A stretch of 64,000 bases of DNA from assembly GCA_964016885.1 (NCBI GenBank), contig OZ024740.1, forward strand, positions 249,612,001 through 249,676,000. Direction: 5' to 3'. Source of the stretch: Eledone cirrhosa (taxonomy: Eukaryota). Below, piece after piece: positions 1 to 13,329 of this stretch; positions within the stretch are counted from its first letter, which is position 1, and each line of letters opens with the position of its first letter. The notes below the pieces were generated by a model. That model had not been told where the DNA came from, ran no database searches, and saw only the letters and a program-made list of their open reading frames with translations. The position numbers and the translations under genes were made by a program.

Positions 1-319
1 TACACACACTGCAGTAGGCACCCTAGGGTACCATAGTACATTTGCAAACGCATCCTTAGGTATATAGAGAACATATTCACCCATAACTACACATAAAATT
101 AGCTCTTATTGAAACATTTTAGTTGATAATTGCATACCATCATTAAAACAAAATTATTAGCACACAAAACAAGTACATAAGCAGATCATCTTTTTCCTAC
201 CCGAGCAGCACATCCAACCTTTCAGCCCCATAGATATATCCAAAGAGGCACCTACCATATTTTTTTCTATGACCGCAGCATTAAAGTGACTACACCTACT
301 CTAGCATTCCACTACAGAA

Positions 320-2897
320 ATCATCATCATCATTCAAGGACCATTTTCCATGTTAGTATGGGTAGGACGGGCTGACCCCTTGGAAGAGAATCAGTTAGGG
401 AACCATGTTCCGCTCACCCAGGGTAGATTTTGACTTGGTTTCTACAGCTATATGCCCTTCCTAGTGCCAGCCACTTTACAGCGTGGACTGGGCATTTTTT
501 ATTGTGACACCAACATGACCACTTTACAGCATGGACTGGTCGCTTTCTGTTGTGACTCCTACATGACCACATGACAGTGTGGACTGGATGCTTTTGTCGT
601 GATGCAATACATGACCACTATACAGTGAGCGCTGGGTACTTTTGTCATAGCTCCAAGGGAATGAAGGCACTTCATGGTGTGGGATGGGAACTAAGGAGGT
701 TGGGGGAATGAAGCTTGAGGACGTTGGTAATAGGGGAGGGATGGTTACAGCAAAGGGAGGTGTATGGTGGGGAAGTGGTAGAGAGAGGTGTGTCTATTAG
801 ATATATGCCTCAGCTCAAGCATATGGGAGGGCGGGTCTTCTGTAGTACTGCATAGCACAAGAGGTCACGGTCCTGTGTCATCGCCTTGGTGAGGTGTAAT
901 TGTGCAAGGTCAGCTTTTATTACCTCATCCCATGTCTTCCAAGGCCTGCCCACTGCATGGCTACCATCAACTTTTCATACTGCTGTCATCCTTCATACAC
1001 ATCACATGTCCATATTAACACATTCTCCTCTCCTGCGCACAACATCTAATCCCTCTTATGCCCAATTTCTGGCATAGTTCATTTATGCTTTGCCATTCAC
1101 ATATATTGCTATTGCACATCCATCGAAGCATGGAGACTTCATTTCTTTCCAATCTCCGCAGGTCCTCAGCACACAGTGCCCAGGTCTCACTGCTATGCAA
1201 CATTGCTGTTCGTATAGATGCATCATACAGTCTGCTTTTCATTTTGAGGGGAAAACCTTTTGTAGTTAGTAATGGTAGTAGCTCCCTGAACTTTTTCCAA
1301 CCCGATCTCACTCTGGTTACCTTGCTTTCAGAACAACCTCCTCCACTACTGATTTGGTTCTACATTCTTTGTTAGTCTGCCTGAGATCCTACTACATCTC
1401 ATGTGTACCAATTGCTTGCATTTTGGTCATAGAATGGAATTTCTACCTACTCCTTTTATGCACACTGAACAGGGCCATTTCCCTGAGGAGATGTGGGTCC
1501 TGTTTTTCCTTCTATTCGGACTTTAGTCTTTGCCAAGTTGACTTTAAGACCTTTAGATTCTAGACCGTGCTTCCAGGTTTGGAATTTCATCTCTAATTCA
1601 GCTATAGATTCGGTTATAAGGGTTTAGTCATCAGCATACAGAAGTTCCCATGGGCAGCTAGTCTTAAACTCCTCCATTATTGCCTGCAGAATGATAATAA
1701 ACAGCAGAGGGACACCTGCAGACTAAATTCTTCGCTATAGTCATTGTTAAGTTAATTCTGACCTTGCTGTACATGGCTTGAACTGCCCTCACAAGCCATT
1801 CATCAACTGCTAATTTTGTAAGAGACCTTCAGATAATGGAATGGGGGACTCTGTCAAAAGCTTTCTCCAGGTCTACAAAAGCTAAGTAGAGGGGTTTACT
1901 CTTAGCTAGGTACTTCCCCTGCAGATGTTTTACAAGAAAGAGGGCATCTGTGGCACTTTTACCTGGTACAAACTCAAACTGCATCTCAGCTATGTTAACA
2001 CGTTCTCTAATCAGCTGAGCTATGACTCTTTCAGTGACCTTCATAACCTGGTCAACCAACTTAATGCCTCTATAGTTTTCTCTATCTAGAGCATCACCTT
2101 TACCCTTATGACAGTTTATGATGCTGCTGCTACACCAGTCATTGGGTATGGCACTATTTTGTATAACTTGGTTTACAATGTGGAGGCTATGGTGTGGCCC
2201 ACCATACCTGATGCTTTCAGCATCTCAGCAACTATCCCTGAGGGACCAGCTGCCCTACCCGACTTCATATCCTTGATTGCCTTACTATAATACTGCTAAC
2301 TTTTACAGCCAGTCCTTCTGTTGGGTTGAACTGTGACAAACTTTCTTCTTCCCACGCATTCTCCTCATTCAGTAATCTTTCATAGTGGCACTTCCATGCT
2401 ACCTTCTTTTCAACGTCAGTGAGGGCAAGTTCACTGAAATCATTTCGGACACACTTCTCCCCACCGACATCACAATTATTCCTGACACACTACTGTCTAG
2501 CGATCCTGAACACCTCAGGCTGTAAAACATGCTTCATTTTTTTGTTTTCTACTTCCCTTCTAGCGAGATAAACTTGTCGCCTACCCTTCTGGTAAACTTC
2601 GCTGCTACCCCCAATCTTTTAGCCTTAATTGTCTTATCTATTTTACGTCTCCCTAGAGATCTACTCCAACCACAGATTTCATCTGTTGCCTTCAGTAGGT
2701 TACCTTTCAGGAACTCCCACTGTTCCTCTATATCCTATGTCTCTATTTGCTCTTCCTTGCTGTTGAAGGCGTCAGTCAACATACTTCTAAATTTGTTACT
2801 GTTTGATGGGTCTTTTAGCTTCTGTTGTCGGGTTCTTCTACCCCTGACTATAAGGTCGCTAACTAGTAAGTTATGTTAGGAGGTGCATTCTTCACTG
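320..2897 (-). mobile_element. RTE-clade LINE, degraded and 5'-truncated (APE end, RT, 3' UTR, (GAT)n tail)
   Basis: Minus-strand ORF fragments LYLAFVDLEKAFDRVP (1829-2059) and GWKKFRELLPLL...MLHSSETW (1015-1311). TCATCATCATCAT tail at ~321. About four 48-bp units at 470-650. Colinear with the copy at 43014-45045. Confidence 0.92.
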
Positions 2898-2978
2898 GGA
2901 GGCACATGGCTTAGTGGTTGAGCATTGGCCTTGCAATCGAAATGTGAGTTCAATTCTCAGACCGGGTAATGTGTTGGT
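2898..2978 (+). mobile_element. tRNA-derived SINE head (truncated), same family as 8660-9006
   Basis: A box TGGCTTAGTGG and B box GAGTTCAATTC; reverse complement of ~8925-9006. Confidence 0.8.
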
Positions 2979-3083
2979 CATACTTTTTCCTATTTCCCAC
3001 TCTACTACCCTAAGTATTGAGTACTTTGGTGCATTATGGTCCATCTGGTTCCTTACCACAATTCCTTTGTTATATATATATAT

Positions 3084-3245
3084 AGTAATAATAATAATAA
3101 ATCTGAAGACTAAAATCCAAAGAGGGCTCGATAAGGATAAATATATAAGAACCGTAGAGCAAATTTGCTCTACGGTTCTTATATATTTGATATATATTTA
3201 TCCTTATCGCAAAAAAAAAAAAATTTAATCTGTTATTTTAATAAA
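3084..3245. mobile_element. Fold-back fragment of a Penelope-like terminal repeat in (TA)n
   Basis: Matches 62643-62760; contains the palindrome TATAAGAACCGTAGAGCAAA-TTTGCTCTACGGTTCTTATA. Confidence 0.85.
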
Positions 3246-3898
3246 TATATATATATAGAGCTGAAAAATATCTTTCAACATGTTAAAATAATTTTATTCC
3301 CTCTACCACGAACCACTCTGCTACACACACACACACATATTTGTCTTAATAGACACCTGAACTGTTGACCTTTCAACATGACTGCAATTCACACACACAT
3401 CCCTACTGACCATTATCACAACAATGAACCTCTTCACACACACACACATATTTGTCTTAAAAGACTTATTTTTCAGTGACTTCTCAATCAGGCGAAAAAG
3501 GGACAAACCTACATTTGGCGCAAAATCAATTTTTAACATTCACGTGACCTCTACCGACCAATCAAAATTGTTTTGACTACAAGAATTTTTGCAACATGAA
3601 TTGGCGCAAAATTTATAGTACTCATTCACGTGACATTCAACAACCAACCAAATCTTAATACCTCTGGAGCCACTTTTTTCACATAAAACAGGAAGAATTT
3701 CCAAAACTGATCAGATTAGAGCAAACATCACGAGTGCTCTATCCCAAAATTATTTTTGAAAAGCATTAAAAATTCGCAACCGATAAAAACTTAAAACTAA
3801 AACTGAATACTAACCAATACTTATTACTAATTTATACTTATTCCTAATTAAACTATTTTTCACTGGGAAAAATTTGGCAGCATTTTCTTTTCCTTTTA

Positions 3899-3946
<48 letters not shown>

Positions 3947-4927
3947 CATACATATATGAATGAGTCAGGACCTCGATGGCTGAGCTCTTGCCGATTTCAA
4001 CAGCTAGTTCCAGACTGAATTGCAAATGCATTGGCAGTGAAGCAGCTGTTTCATCAGGAGGTATCAATTATTTCAAATAAGGGCATCATTCTTTATTCCA
4101 TTGTAAAGAATCTTTACGAAAGTATCTGGTTTATTGAGGGAGTGGTTGTGTGTGTGTGTTTGCTCCCTCAGGCATGTTGTCATGACTGTCACACATCCAG
4201 AATATAGAACTGGTGTCTATCGCAGATCAAAGAATTGTACCAGTTGACAGAATGGTAATTTATCATCTATGAGTCCTGCTAATTTTCTTAGTTACCTGAG
4301 AAATTCGGTTCAGCAGCGAACACATGCATCTGAAAACAACTATATACACATAAACATATAATTTCTAAAGTAGGCCAATTGGATGAATCTGTATATTTAT
4401 GATCTTTGTTCACAAGTTACAATTTTTAAAGAAAAAACTAGACTTTGCAGAGAAATATTGTAAAAGAAAAGTTGTAGATAACGATTGCAGTGATGGAATT
4501 TATAATATAATTCCTATTTAAATCAAATAAATAAAAATAATAAAAGATGAATAAAGGTGTGGTCAATTAGCCGGTGCTAAATGGGGTAATATCTAGTAGA
4601 ATTAATTAGTTATAACTACTCTGGTACATAGATTCCTATATATACAATTAGTAAAGATATTGATGTTTGTTTCTGTATGGCATATGGATTACTAATTGAC
4701 GAATATGAACACACCAACCACCTCTGCACGACCTCGCAATCGTTCTTCTCTATTTCAGATATGGATAACCAACACCAACTCACCACTCCTATCCCCACAT
4801 GCTCCCCCTACCAAGTTTTCATCTTCTACCTCCCGTTCTGGACTCAGTCCAGAAATAGCCCTCGAAACGGCTTGAGCTCTGCCGTCGGGGTCATACTTTT
4901 TCCTATTTATATATATATATATAACAA

Positions 4928-7009
4928 AATACTGGTGTGTATGAATATAACAAGACACTAGGTTGTGTATATAGCGTTTAATTAACAAGTTGCAGTTATG
5001 TAGAACAGAATAGTTGTCAAGTCAATGAAAGTAGATGAAAGAATGAAGTAAAGTTATTTGTTACCGTTTTGAAGTTAGCTCGCAAGAGGCCATGTTAGGG
5101 TTGCCAGACGAACGCGCCTGGCCGAAGGGCCAGGCAGGTTAGAAGGCCAGGAGCCGAAAGGCAAATGAGAGAGAGATCGCTCTGAGTATCCCTTTTATAG
5201 GGTCTCAAGACGGAAGTGACAAAAAGGGTTCTGCCACCCCAACGGGAAGTAACTCCAGCTACTTCATATCTAGAGAGCGTTAATCTATTGGTGATGTGAG
5301 TGTCACAACAAGGGAGGCAACTCTCGATACATTACCTCTCGCCAGATTTTTAAAACATAAAAATTGAATGAAACATGTATGGAATAAGATGGCGAGCATG
5401 TAACAGGCATGAAAATTACGAAAAAAATAATGTTTGCAATAAAAGGAAAACAGCAAAATATATGCATGCAAAAATCAATGATATATATCAAGGTAGCCAA
5501 CCGCTCTTGTCCAGAGAACTATCTATCCATCACTTAAAGATACAATGTAATCAAAGTAAAAGAAGAGGTCGAAGTTCAAATGTTTAAAATACAGTTCACA
5601 TGTGTGCAATCACATGACAGCAGGAAAGAAAGTGTGTTCCAGAGAATGAATGCAGGTGGTTTCTGTTCTGTGGTATAACGTGAAATTTCCAATCTCCGAA
5701 GGGAATTTCTCACAGGAAGAGTGCTGCAAAAATAAATTCTCTGGCTTGTTCTGCTGGTTTTGGTTGTTGATGAAGCTGCGTTGTTGTTGTCTCGCGGAGT
5801 GAGCGTATTCGATGTTTAAATTCACAGTAAAAATTTTCCAAGAAAAAAATGTGTTGCGCAAAGTGCTAGAAATAACAGCCAAAGTTGATGGTCGATGTTG
5901 AGAATGCGTTGACCTGGAAGGGTCAAGAGGCCAGCGACCAAATTCTGAATAAATGCGCAGTTTTCAACGGCAAATTTACGTGGTAAATTTTTAAACCGGC
6001 AAATAGGAGAATATAGCTTAAGGCTGGAGAATCCTTGGCAAGAAACCATGTGGTATCTCAGTGAGTCGAGATGTGTGCTGCCCACACGTGCCGAAACAAG
6101 GTTGTTGGCAGCCATTTTGAAAAACTCGTGTGTGAACGTGATAATATGATGAAAAAGAAAGAAAGGCTTCACTTGGTATAACAAATATGGCGAGTTCAAA
6201 TTTTTTGTGAACGATGAAAAAAAAAACTTTGTGGAAAGAATAAGCGATTGTTGAGATTCAGCAAAAATAAATGTTCATGTTGAAAAGTGTAAAAAAAAAT
6301 CAAATTTCTTTTTAAAGTGTTCGTTGTAAGAAGAAACGAAAAACATACATATACATCCAGTGAAATGCGACACTTAGTTGGCGTACGACACGTGCGTGAG
6401 AGAAAAGGAGTCTGTCTGAACGAGAATTTCACATGTGCGTGTGTTCGTTTCTGTGTCTGCGTATTTTCCTAGTTTGTTAATAAAGTTTGCTGCGTATTCG
6501 AAATGTTGGTCGACACATTCCAACGAAAATAGGGTACTGCTAATTAATTTTTTTATACATATTCACACATCACCAGATCCTATCATTTTTTTCTTTTTTC
6601 AAAAGAATACTTGTGTGTATGAATATAACAAAACACTAGGTTATGTATATAACGTTTAATTAATAAGTTGCAGTTATGTAGAACAGAATAGTTGTCAAGT
6701 CAATGAAAGTAGATGAAAGAATGAAGTAAAGTTATTTGTTACCGTTTTGAAGTTAGCTCGCAAGAGGCCATGTTAGGGTTGCCAGACGAACGCGCCTGGC
6801 CGAAGGGCCAGGCAGGTTAGAAGGCCAGGAGCCGAAAGGCAAATGAGAGAGAGATCGCTCTGAGTATCCCTTTTATAGGGTCTCAAGACGGAAGTGACAA
6901 AAAGGTTTCTGCCACCCCAACGGGAAGTAACTCCAGCTACTTCCTGTCTAGAGAGCGTTAATCTATTGGTGATTTGAGTGTCACAACAAGGGAGGCAACT
7001 CTTGCTACA
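4928..7009 (-). mobile_element. Non-autonomous LTR element: two ~400-bp LTRs (4928-5331, 6606-7009) around a 1.27-kb internal region
   Basis: Near-identical direct repeats offset by 1678 bp. On the minus strand they start TGTA and contain TATAAAAG and ATTAAA. Purine-rich GGCGAGAGGTAA precedes the 3' LTR. Flanked by (TA)n. No recognisable gag/pol. Confidence 0.8.
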
Positions 7010-7053
7010 CACATATATATATATATATATATAATGTAGGTAATATTAAATAT

Positions 7054-7235
7054 TTGTTTCTACTTTTGGCACAAGGCCAGCAATAACCCAATACATTACT
7101 GGTACTTTATTTTATCGACCCCGTAAGGATGAAAGGCAAAGTTAACCTCGGCGGGATTTGAACTCAAACCATTAAGGGGCGTAACTCTTTGCTGCAAAGC
7201 ATAACGTCAGACCCTCTACCGATACTGCCAATCCA
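7054..7235 (-). mobile_element. tRNA-derived SINE, family B (central GCCTTTCATCCTTACGGGGTCGATAAAATAAAGTACCAG motif)
   Basis: A box TGGCAGTATCGG, B box GAGTTCAAATCC; about ten copies in the window. Confidence 0.9.
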
Positions 7236-7269
7236 GCTCAATGTAAAATAACAAGTATATTAGAGCCGA

Positions 7270-7430
7270 AATACTTTATAAACAACAATCAAAGAGTGTT
7301 TAGAACATTTAATCATTTACAATCGTTTCATCGTAGCACAAGGACAAATTCATTTGAGTATATTATATAGGTTGAAACACAAATATAATATCAGAAGTGT
7401 GTCATAAGAACATTAGGAGGATTAAAAATG
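7270..7430 (-). mobile_element. Penelope-like terminal repeat fragment with a decayed hammerhead
   Basis: Reverse complement of ~12820-12978; the CTGATGA box is mutated. Confidence 0.75.
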
Positions 7431-7623
7431 TAAAAAATATGCTGCTATAAAGAAACATGTTGCTATAAAGAAGTTAAGCATAGTGCAAGGCATATATCAT
7501 AATTAGTAAATAAACATATATAAATAAGCATTACAAAAATTTATAAAGTTAATAAGAGCAGGTGTGCAGCTCAAATATAAATTTAAGAATATAAAAAATA
7601 CATCTCCAAAAGATATTTTTAAT

Positions 7624-7834
7624 AATTGTTTCTTATATAGGCACAAGGCCAGCAATTTTGGGGGAGGGGAAAGTCGATTAAATCGACCTCAGTGCGTGAC
7701 TGGTACTTTATTTTATCGACCCCGTAAGGATGAAAGGCAAAGTTAACCTCGGCGGGATTTGAACTCAGATCATAAAGGGGCATAACTCTATGCTGCAAAG
7801 CATGGCATCTGACCCTCTACCGATACGGCCAATC
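7624..7834 (-). mobile_element. SINE family B (variant with longer 3' part)
   Basis: Same A/B boxes and central motif. Confidence 0.9.
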
Positions 7835-7921
7835 AAAGGTAATAATTGTTTCTACTTGAATAAGTATACTCAGCAAAATAAAAATAAAATATAGGTTAAA
7901 GTGTTATTATTATTAATCAAA

Positions 7922-8108
7922 GGGTGGTGGATTGGCAGTATCGGTAGAGGGTCGGACGCCATGTTTTCCAGCATAGTTACGTCCCTTTACGGTCTGAGTT
8001 CAAATCCCGCCGAGGTTTACTTTGCCTTTCATCCTACGGGGTCGATAAAATAAAGTACCAGTAATGCACTGGGTATGTGCTGGCCTTGTGCCTAAAGTAG
8101 AAACAATT
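7922..8108 (+). mobile_element. SINE family B, full length with TSD
   Basis: A/B boxes; flanking duplication ATTATTAATCAAAG. Confidence 0.92.
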
Positions 8109-8414
8109 ATTAATCAAAGATAATACTGTTGAGTAAATATAATCAGCAAAGTAAAATCCAATATAGATTAAGTGTTATCATCGGAAAAAGCACCACATAT
8201 TTGAATAGAGGAAAGAAAGTCTTATATGCTAAGCATAAATAACTCCATCTTCACAATGAGTTTGAAAATTTATCGTTAGCTGACGGCTGATACAAAATTA
8301 AGAATAGAAGGGAGGTAATTCATAAATATTTTTATAAGAGAGTTACACATTATTAAATGGGAAAATAAATATTTAGTAAGTCAAGGTGTAACTACATAAA
8401 AACATTATTAGCAG

Positions 8415-8543
8415 CCCTCTATAGTCTGAGTTTAAATCTGCCGAGGTTAACTTTGCCTTTCATCCTTACGGGGTCGATAAAATAAAGTATCAGTAATACA
8501 CAGGGATAATTGCTGGCCTTGTGCCAAAAGTAGAAACAATTAT
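8415..8543 (+). mobile_element. SINE family B, 5'-truncated
   Basis: B box through GTAGAAACAATT end. Confidence 0.85.
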
Positions 8544-8659
8544 TAGGTCTAATGATTATAGAATTATAAAATTATTTAAAAAATAATATATTACAAAATA
8601 CAAATAAAATAATTTATCAATGTATACTAAAATGGCATGAATTATTAAAAAAAATGATA

Positions 8660-9006
8660 TCATCATTTCATCATCATTTCATTTTACGTCCGCTTTTTCC
8701 CTGCTTGCAAGGGTGGGACGGGAACTGATTCTGGCTTGATTTCTACAGCTGGATGCCCTTCCTAACACCAACCTCATTTACAGTGAGTGCTGGGTGCTTT
8801 TTTGCCGTGGCACCTCCACGACCACTTTGCAGTGGAATGATAGGGACTCCAGTCCCTATCATCTCATTTCTACAGCTGAGTAAACTGGAGCAATGTGAAA
8901 TAAAGTGTCTTGCTCAAGGAAACAACACATCACCCGGTCTGAGAATTGAACTCACAACCTTTCGATTGCAAGGCCAATGCTCTAACCACTAAGCCATGTG
9001 CCTCCA
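8660..9006 (-). mobile_element. tRNA-derived SINE with CORE-like centre and RTE-derived 3' tail
   Basis: A/B boxes at ~8940-9006; CCTTGAGCAAGACACTT resembles the CORE domain; 8730-8830 closely matches the RTE 3' UTR at 43130-43280; ends in (GAT)n. Confidence 0.85.
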
Positions 9007-9155
9007 TATACATATGCTAAATAATATCAATGGATAAAAAGAATAAAAAAGGGTAAAAAATTATCTAAGGATAAAAAAATGTATCCTAATTAATTAAATA
9101 TTTAATAAATTATATTAGTATTGCTGAAAAAATAAAGAGTGAGGCAATGGTTAAT

Positions 9156-10601
9156 ATCATCATCATCGTTTAACGTCTATCTTCCACGCTAGCATGGGTT
9201 AGAGTGTCCCACTTGAGGCAAGATTAATCAAGTGACCATGTCTCGCTCGTATAGGACTGTATCTGGCAGGTCTTCTATGGCAGGATGCCCTTCCTAACAC
9301 CAACCACATTTACAGTGTGGACTGGGAGCGTTTTTACTATGCCTCCTGCACGACCACTTTACAGCGTGGACTGGGTGTTTTTTTTGTTGTGACACCTATA
9401 CAACCACTTTAGTTTGGACTGGATGTTGTGGTACCAACATAACTTTACAGAGAAAGGGTGGTGTTGGTGGGAGGGGGGGATGGAGTGGGAGTAGTGGGTT
9501 GGGGTGTATATTTGGTTAAGAGGTGCCTACTGATTATAGGTTTAACTTTGTATGTTGGGAAGGCGGGTCTTCTGTATTACTGCATGGCGCCGAAGATCTC
9601 GATCCAGTGACATTGTCTTAGAGAGGTGTAAGTGTGCAAGGTCAGATTTTATCATGTCGTCCCAGGTTTTTCTGAGTCTACCTACTCCGTAACTTCCATG
9701 AATTTTGTTCACCCTGCACTTTTTATACAGCTGTCATCTTTCATGCACATCACATGACCATACCATGTAATCTTCTCTCAAGTAAACAGCATCTGATCCC
9801 TATTATTCCTAATTTCTCACTTATTTCATTTATGTTTTGCTGTTCGTGCATATTACTATTACACATCCAACGGAGCATGCATGCTTCGTTCCTTTCAAAT
9901 CTGCGCAGGTCCTATGCACACAATGCCCATGTCTCACTGCTATGTAACATTGCTGTTCGTATACAAGCATCATACAATCTGCCTTTCATTTTTAGAGAGA
10001 AACCTTGTGGCCAACAGCAGTATTAGCTCACTAAACCTTTTCCATCCTGTTTTAACTCTGGCTACTATACTTTCAGAACACCCTCCACAACTGCTGATTT
10101 TGCCACCCAGGTAATGGAAAGTGTCCACTATTTCTATAGAACCATCTGGGCAGTAGAAGGAGCTAGTATCCTGTGGGCACTTGCTACTTCTTGCACCTGA
10201 GCATTGGCCACATATAAAATCTACATTCTTAGATAGCTTACCTGTGATCCCACTACATCTTTTATGTACCCATAGTTTGCATTTGGGGCATAGAATGGAA
10301 TTTCTAACTACTCCTTTCCTACGTACTGAGCATGGCCACTTCCCAGAGGGCACCTGTGCCCTATTTTCCTTTCTACATACTAGAACTTTAGTCTTAGATA
10401 AGTTAATTTTAAGGCCTTTTGATTCTAGGCCATGCTTCCATGTTTGGAATTTCTTCTCTAGTTCAGCCATAGATTCAGCTATGAGAGTTAAATCATCTGC
10501 ATATAGAAGTTCCCATGGGCAGCCAGTCTTAAACTCCTCTGTTATAGCCTGAAGGGCAATAATAAACAGGAGGGGGCTAAGGACAGAGCCTTGAGGAACA
10601 C
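9156..10601 (-). mobile_element. RTE-clade LINE, 5'-truncated
   Basis: ORF 9970-10470 (GLKINLSKTKVL...WVHKRCSG...FHYLGG), upstream YADD-like region, 3' UTR with 48-bp units and (GAT)n tail. Confidence 0.92.
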
Positions 10602-11692
10602 TAATATATAGATAAATCTAGATTGGTATAAGTTAGTTACTAGTTTTAAAATAGTTGGAAAAAATCTTAGATTTCCCATTTAATAAATTTAATTTAGAAT
10701 AAATAATAGTATGGGAGTCAAGAAGGCAAAGGTTACAAAATTTATTGTGGGTTTTTTTTGCAATCACATTTCAGGTTAGAGTATAAAGTGTATTATTACT
10801 CTTCAGAAATGATATGAAATTAGATAAAGAGGTTGCATGCTTAAGTTTAGAGTTATTAAAAGTATGAAGATGAGAATTATACCTCGTCTTGAAACCATTC
10901 GGTGTAGAACTGATATGGGTTTTGGAGTTGGTGGAAGTTATGACAGTACAGGAATAAATAATATTCTTAACAAGGCAGTTTCCATTAAGAGAGCATACAT
11001 TATTAGGCTTACAATTACAATTATAACTATTGATTAAGCGGTTTTGAGGATAGAGATGTGAAGAGTTATTAGAGTTAGATATATGAGTGCTAGAATTGCT
11101 ATTAATATTCCTATAAGTCCTAGAAATTAATGTGTCATGAGAGTGGTTACTAACATTTTTAGGTACAATATTATTAAGCATATCAACTGGTTGTGAATTG
11201 TTATTTAAGTTATAAGAAGAAAAATATTTACTAATTTTCTTCTTATTACTACTCACTATGTGACTAGCAATGTTAGGTGTGGTAGAATAAGAGATTTTAA
11301 TGGTATTTTTATTAATTAATTTATGGGAAATGTTTTTCAATAATAGAGAAGAATACCTCTAAGTATATTAGTAGAAACATTTAAATTGAAAGGTGGATTA
11401 AAATATGGATTAAGCCTTCTTCTATTCTTTTTTTTTTTTGTTACTAATAAGTGTATCCTTATGATTATTACCTTCAGTTGTATGTTTAGTATTACAGATG
11501 TTAGCTTCAGTGTATATACTATGCTTTTTATTCACGTTTTTTTTTTTTATCTTTAAGATGTTTTTTATTAGTACTGGGAGGAACTGAAGAAGGGTGCATA
11601 TCATTATTTAATCGACTGTTACAATTAATAATATTAATACCTTTATTAGTTTGAATATTTGTAGGTTTTTCATAGCCATATTATGTGAAATA

Positions 11693-11784
11693 ATTGTTTC
11701 TACTTTTGGCACAAGGTCAGCAATTACCCAGTGTATTACTGGTACTTTATTTTATCGACCCCATAAGGATGAAAGCAAAGTTAA
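11693..11784 (-). mobile_element. SINE family B fragment nested in the Penelope-like element
   Basis: TTGTTTCTACTTTTGGCACAAGG...TTATCGACCCC. Confidence 0.85.
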
Positions 11785-12887
11785 TTAGGTTGTTTGTTAC
11801 AGTTGGCAAAAGAGTTTTTAGGCATAAACTTAATTTTATTTTTATAGCCAGAATGTAATAAAGCTTCATTATAATAATGAGCATTTTGGTTAAATATATC
11901 TTCATTATAAGATAAATTACTAATTCTATTAGATACACCTTTAATAATTGAGTTTAAGACAGATCTAGGGTGGTTAGAATTGGTGTCAACATAAAAAAGT
12001 TTTTCATTAAGTTTATGGTAAGGTGTGAAGGTTTTAGAATCCAAGCATAGGGTAACGTCAAGGAAATTAAGTTTTGGTGTTCTTATCTAAAGTAATACCT
12101 AGGTTAAAACTTTTGAAGTATTTATGTAGTTCCTTTTTAGTTCTTTCAATTTTATATTTTTTATAATTTAAAATAAATAAGGTATCATCGCGATTTAATC
12201 CACCCTTCAGGTAAGGTAAAGTTTTATGAATTTCATTTAAAAGGTACAATCCGACTAAATCTTTGACCTGTGCAGAATCACTAGACCCCATAGTGATATC
12301 AAAATTATTAGGTGTATTCTTACGAGTCCATAATTGATCTTCAAATTTGATGATAGTTTTACGAGCTGCTAGAATTACATCTACTTGGGATCTAGTTAAG
12401 TCACTATTATCCATGGCCATAATTAGAGCTTTATTTAATAAAATAGGAGAGATAGATGTGTAGTAAGAGTTAATGTCAAATTGCATAAACTTCTTAGACT
12501 TATTACTATCAATAGTTGTGAACCATTCAATCACTTCTCTAGTATTACCCCAAAGGTTGAAATGTATCTTCTGTTTGATTTTGGGGATAATTTGTTTTAG
12601 AATTCTTTTACTAATTATACCAATGTCAGACTTAGATGGGCATATTAATCTAACTGTAGGATTAGTATTAAAATCCTCCTTATGGTCTTTTAAAGTAAAT
12701 CTGGATTGGTTAGGGGTATAAGGCTGAGTATACCTTTCAAGCTTTAATTTACTTACAATATTAAAGCCTTCAATATTTATATCATCCAAGTTTTTATATG
12801 TGGTTTTCTTATCATTTTTTTATGTATCCTCAAGATGTTCTTATGACAAACTTCCGATATTATATTTGTGTTTCAATCTTTATTATA

Positions 12888-12934
12888 TACTCTGATGAAA
12901 TTAGCCTTGTGCTAGGATGAAACGATTGTAAGTG
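12888..12934 (+). ncRNA. Minimal type I hammerhead ribozyme
   Basis: TACT-CTGATGA-(TAGC/GCTA stem II)-GAAAC-GATT-GTA-AGTG; short stem I, near-palindromic stem III. Confidence 0.65.
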
Positions 12935-12974
12935 ATTAAATATTCTAAACACTCTTTGATTGTTACTTATAAAG

Positions 12975-13014
<40 letters not shown>

Positions 13015-13089
13015 TACACACCTACATATGTATATCATCATCATTTATCGTCCACTTTCCACACTAGCATAATATATATGTGGTCATGT

Positions 13090-13323
13090 GGTCATTCCCA
13101 GCCAACACTGTAAAATGGTTGTGTAAGTGACACGACAAAAAACACCCAGTCCTCACTGTAAATGTGATTTGTGTTAGGAAGGGTATCCAGCTATATAAGG
13201 CAAGCCAAAACCAGTCTTGTATGAGCATGTCATAGACATCGGACTTGGCTTTTGTTACAAAGGGGCAACTCATTTAACCCATATCAGCATGGAAAAATGG
13301 ACATTAAATGATGATGATGATGA
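13090..13323 (+). mobile_element. RTE 3' UTR fragment
   Basis: About two 48-bp units, TTAGGAAGGGTATCCAGC, AGCATGGAAAA and a (GAT)n tail. Confidence 0.8.
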
Positions 13324-13329
13324 GACATG

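Larger units (their letters stand above)
10603..12978 (-). mobile_element. Penelope-like element (Naiad-type): RT + GIY-YIG relic with inverted terminal repeat (~12790-12978)
   Basis: TLKDHK...VRLICPSKSDIG, FDINSYYTSI, MGSSDSAQV, NRDD (12067-12789); CNC...CSLNGNC...IIYSC...FKTRYNSH (10771-11340); ends at (TA)n. Confidence 0.92.

Noticed and set aside
2898-2975. tRNA gene
   Set aside because: A/B boxes only, no complete cloverleaf; it is a SINE head, as are the family B copies.
3258-3903. Repeat-like segment with internal duplications (TTGGCGCAAAAT...ATTCACGTGAC)
   Set aside because: Probably a non-autonomous element, but no termini or second copy are visible to classify it.
4172-4254. Possible exon with CTCCCTCAG acceptor and GTAATT donor
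   Set aside because: Stops in all three frames.
4860-4892. Hammerhead 3' half GAAACGGC...GCCGTC (similar halves at ~21700, ~47990 and ~48937)
   Set aside because: No matching CTGANGA box found upstream, so decayed or truncated.
10771-10773. In-frame TGA in a Naiad GIY-YIG region as selenocysteine (some Naiads encode selenoproteins)
   Set aside because: It falls at the conserved Trp position (TGG to TGA); the Cys codons checked in the copies here are ordinary.
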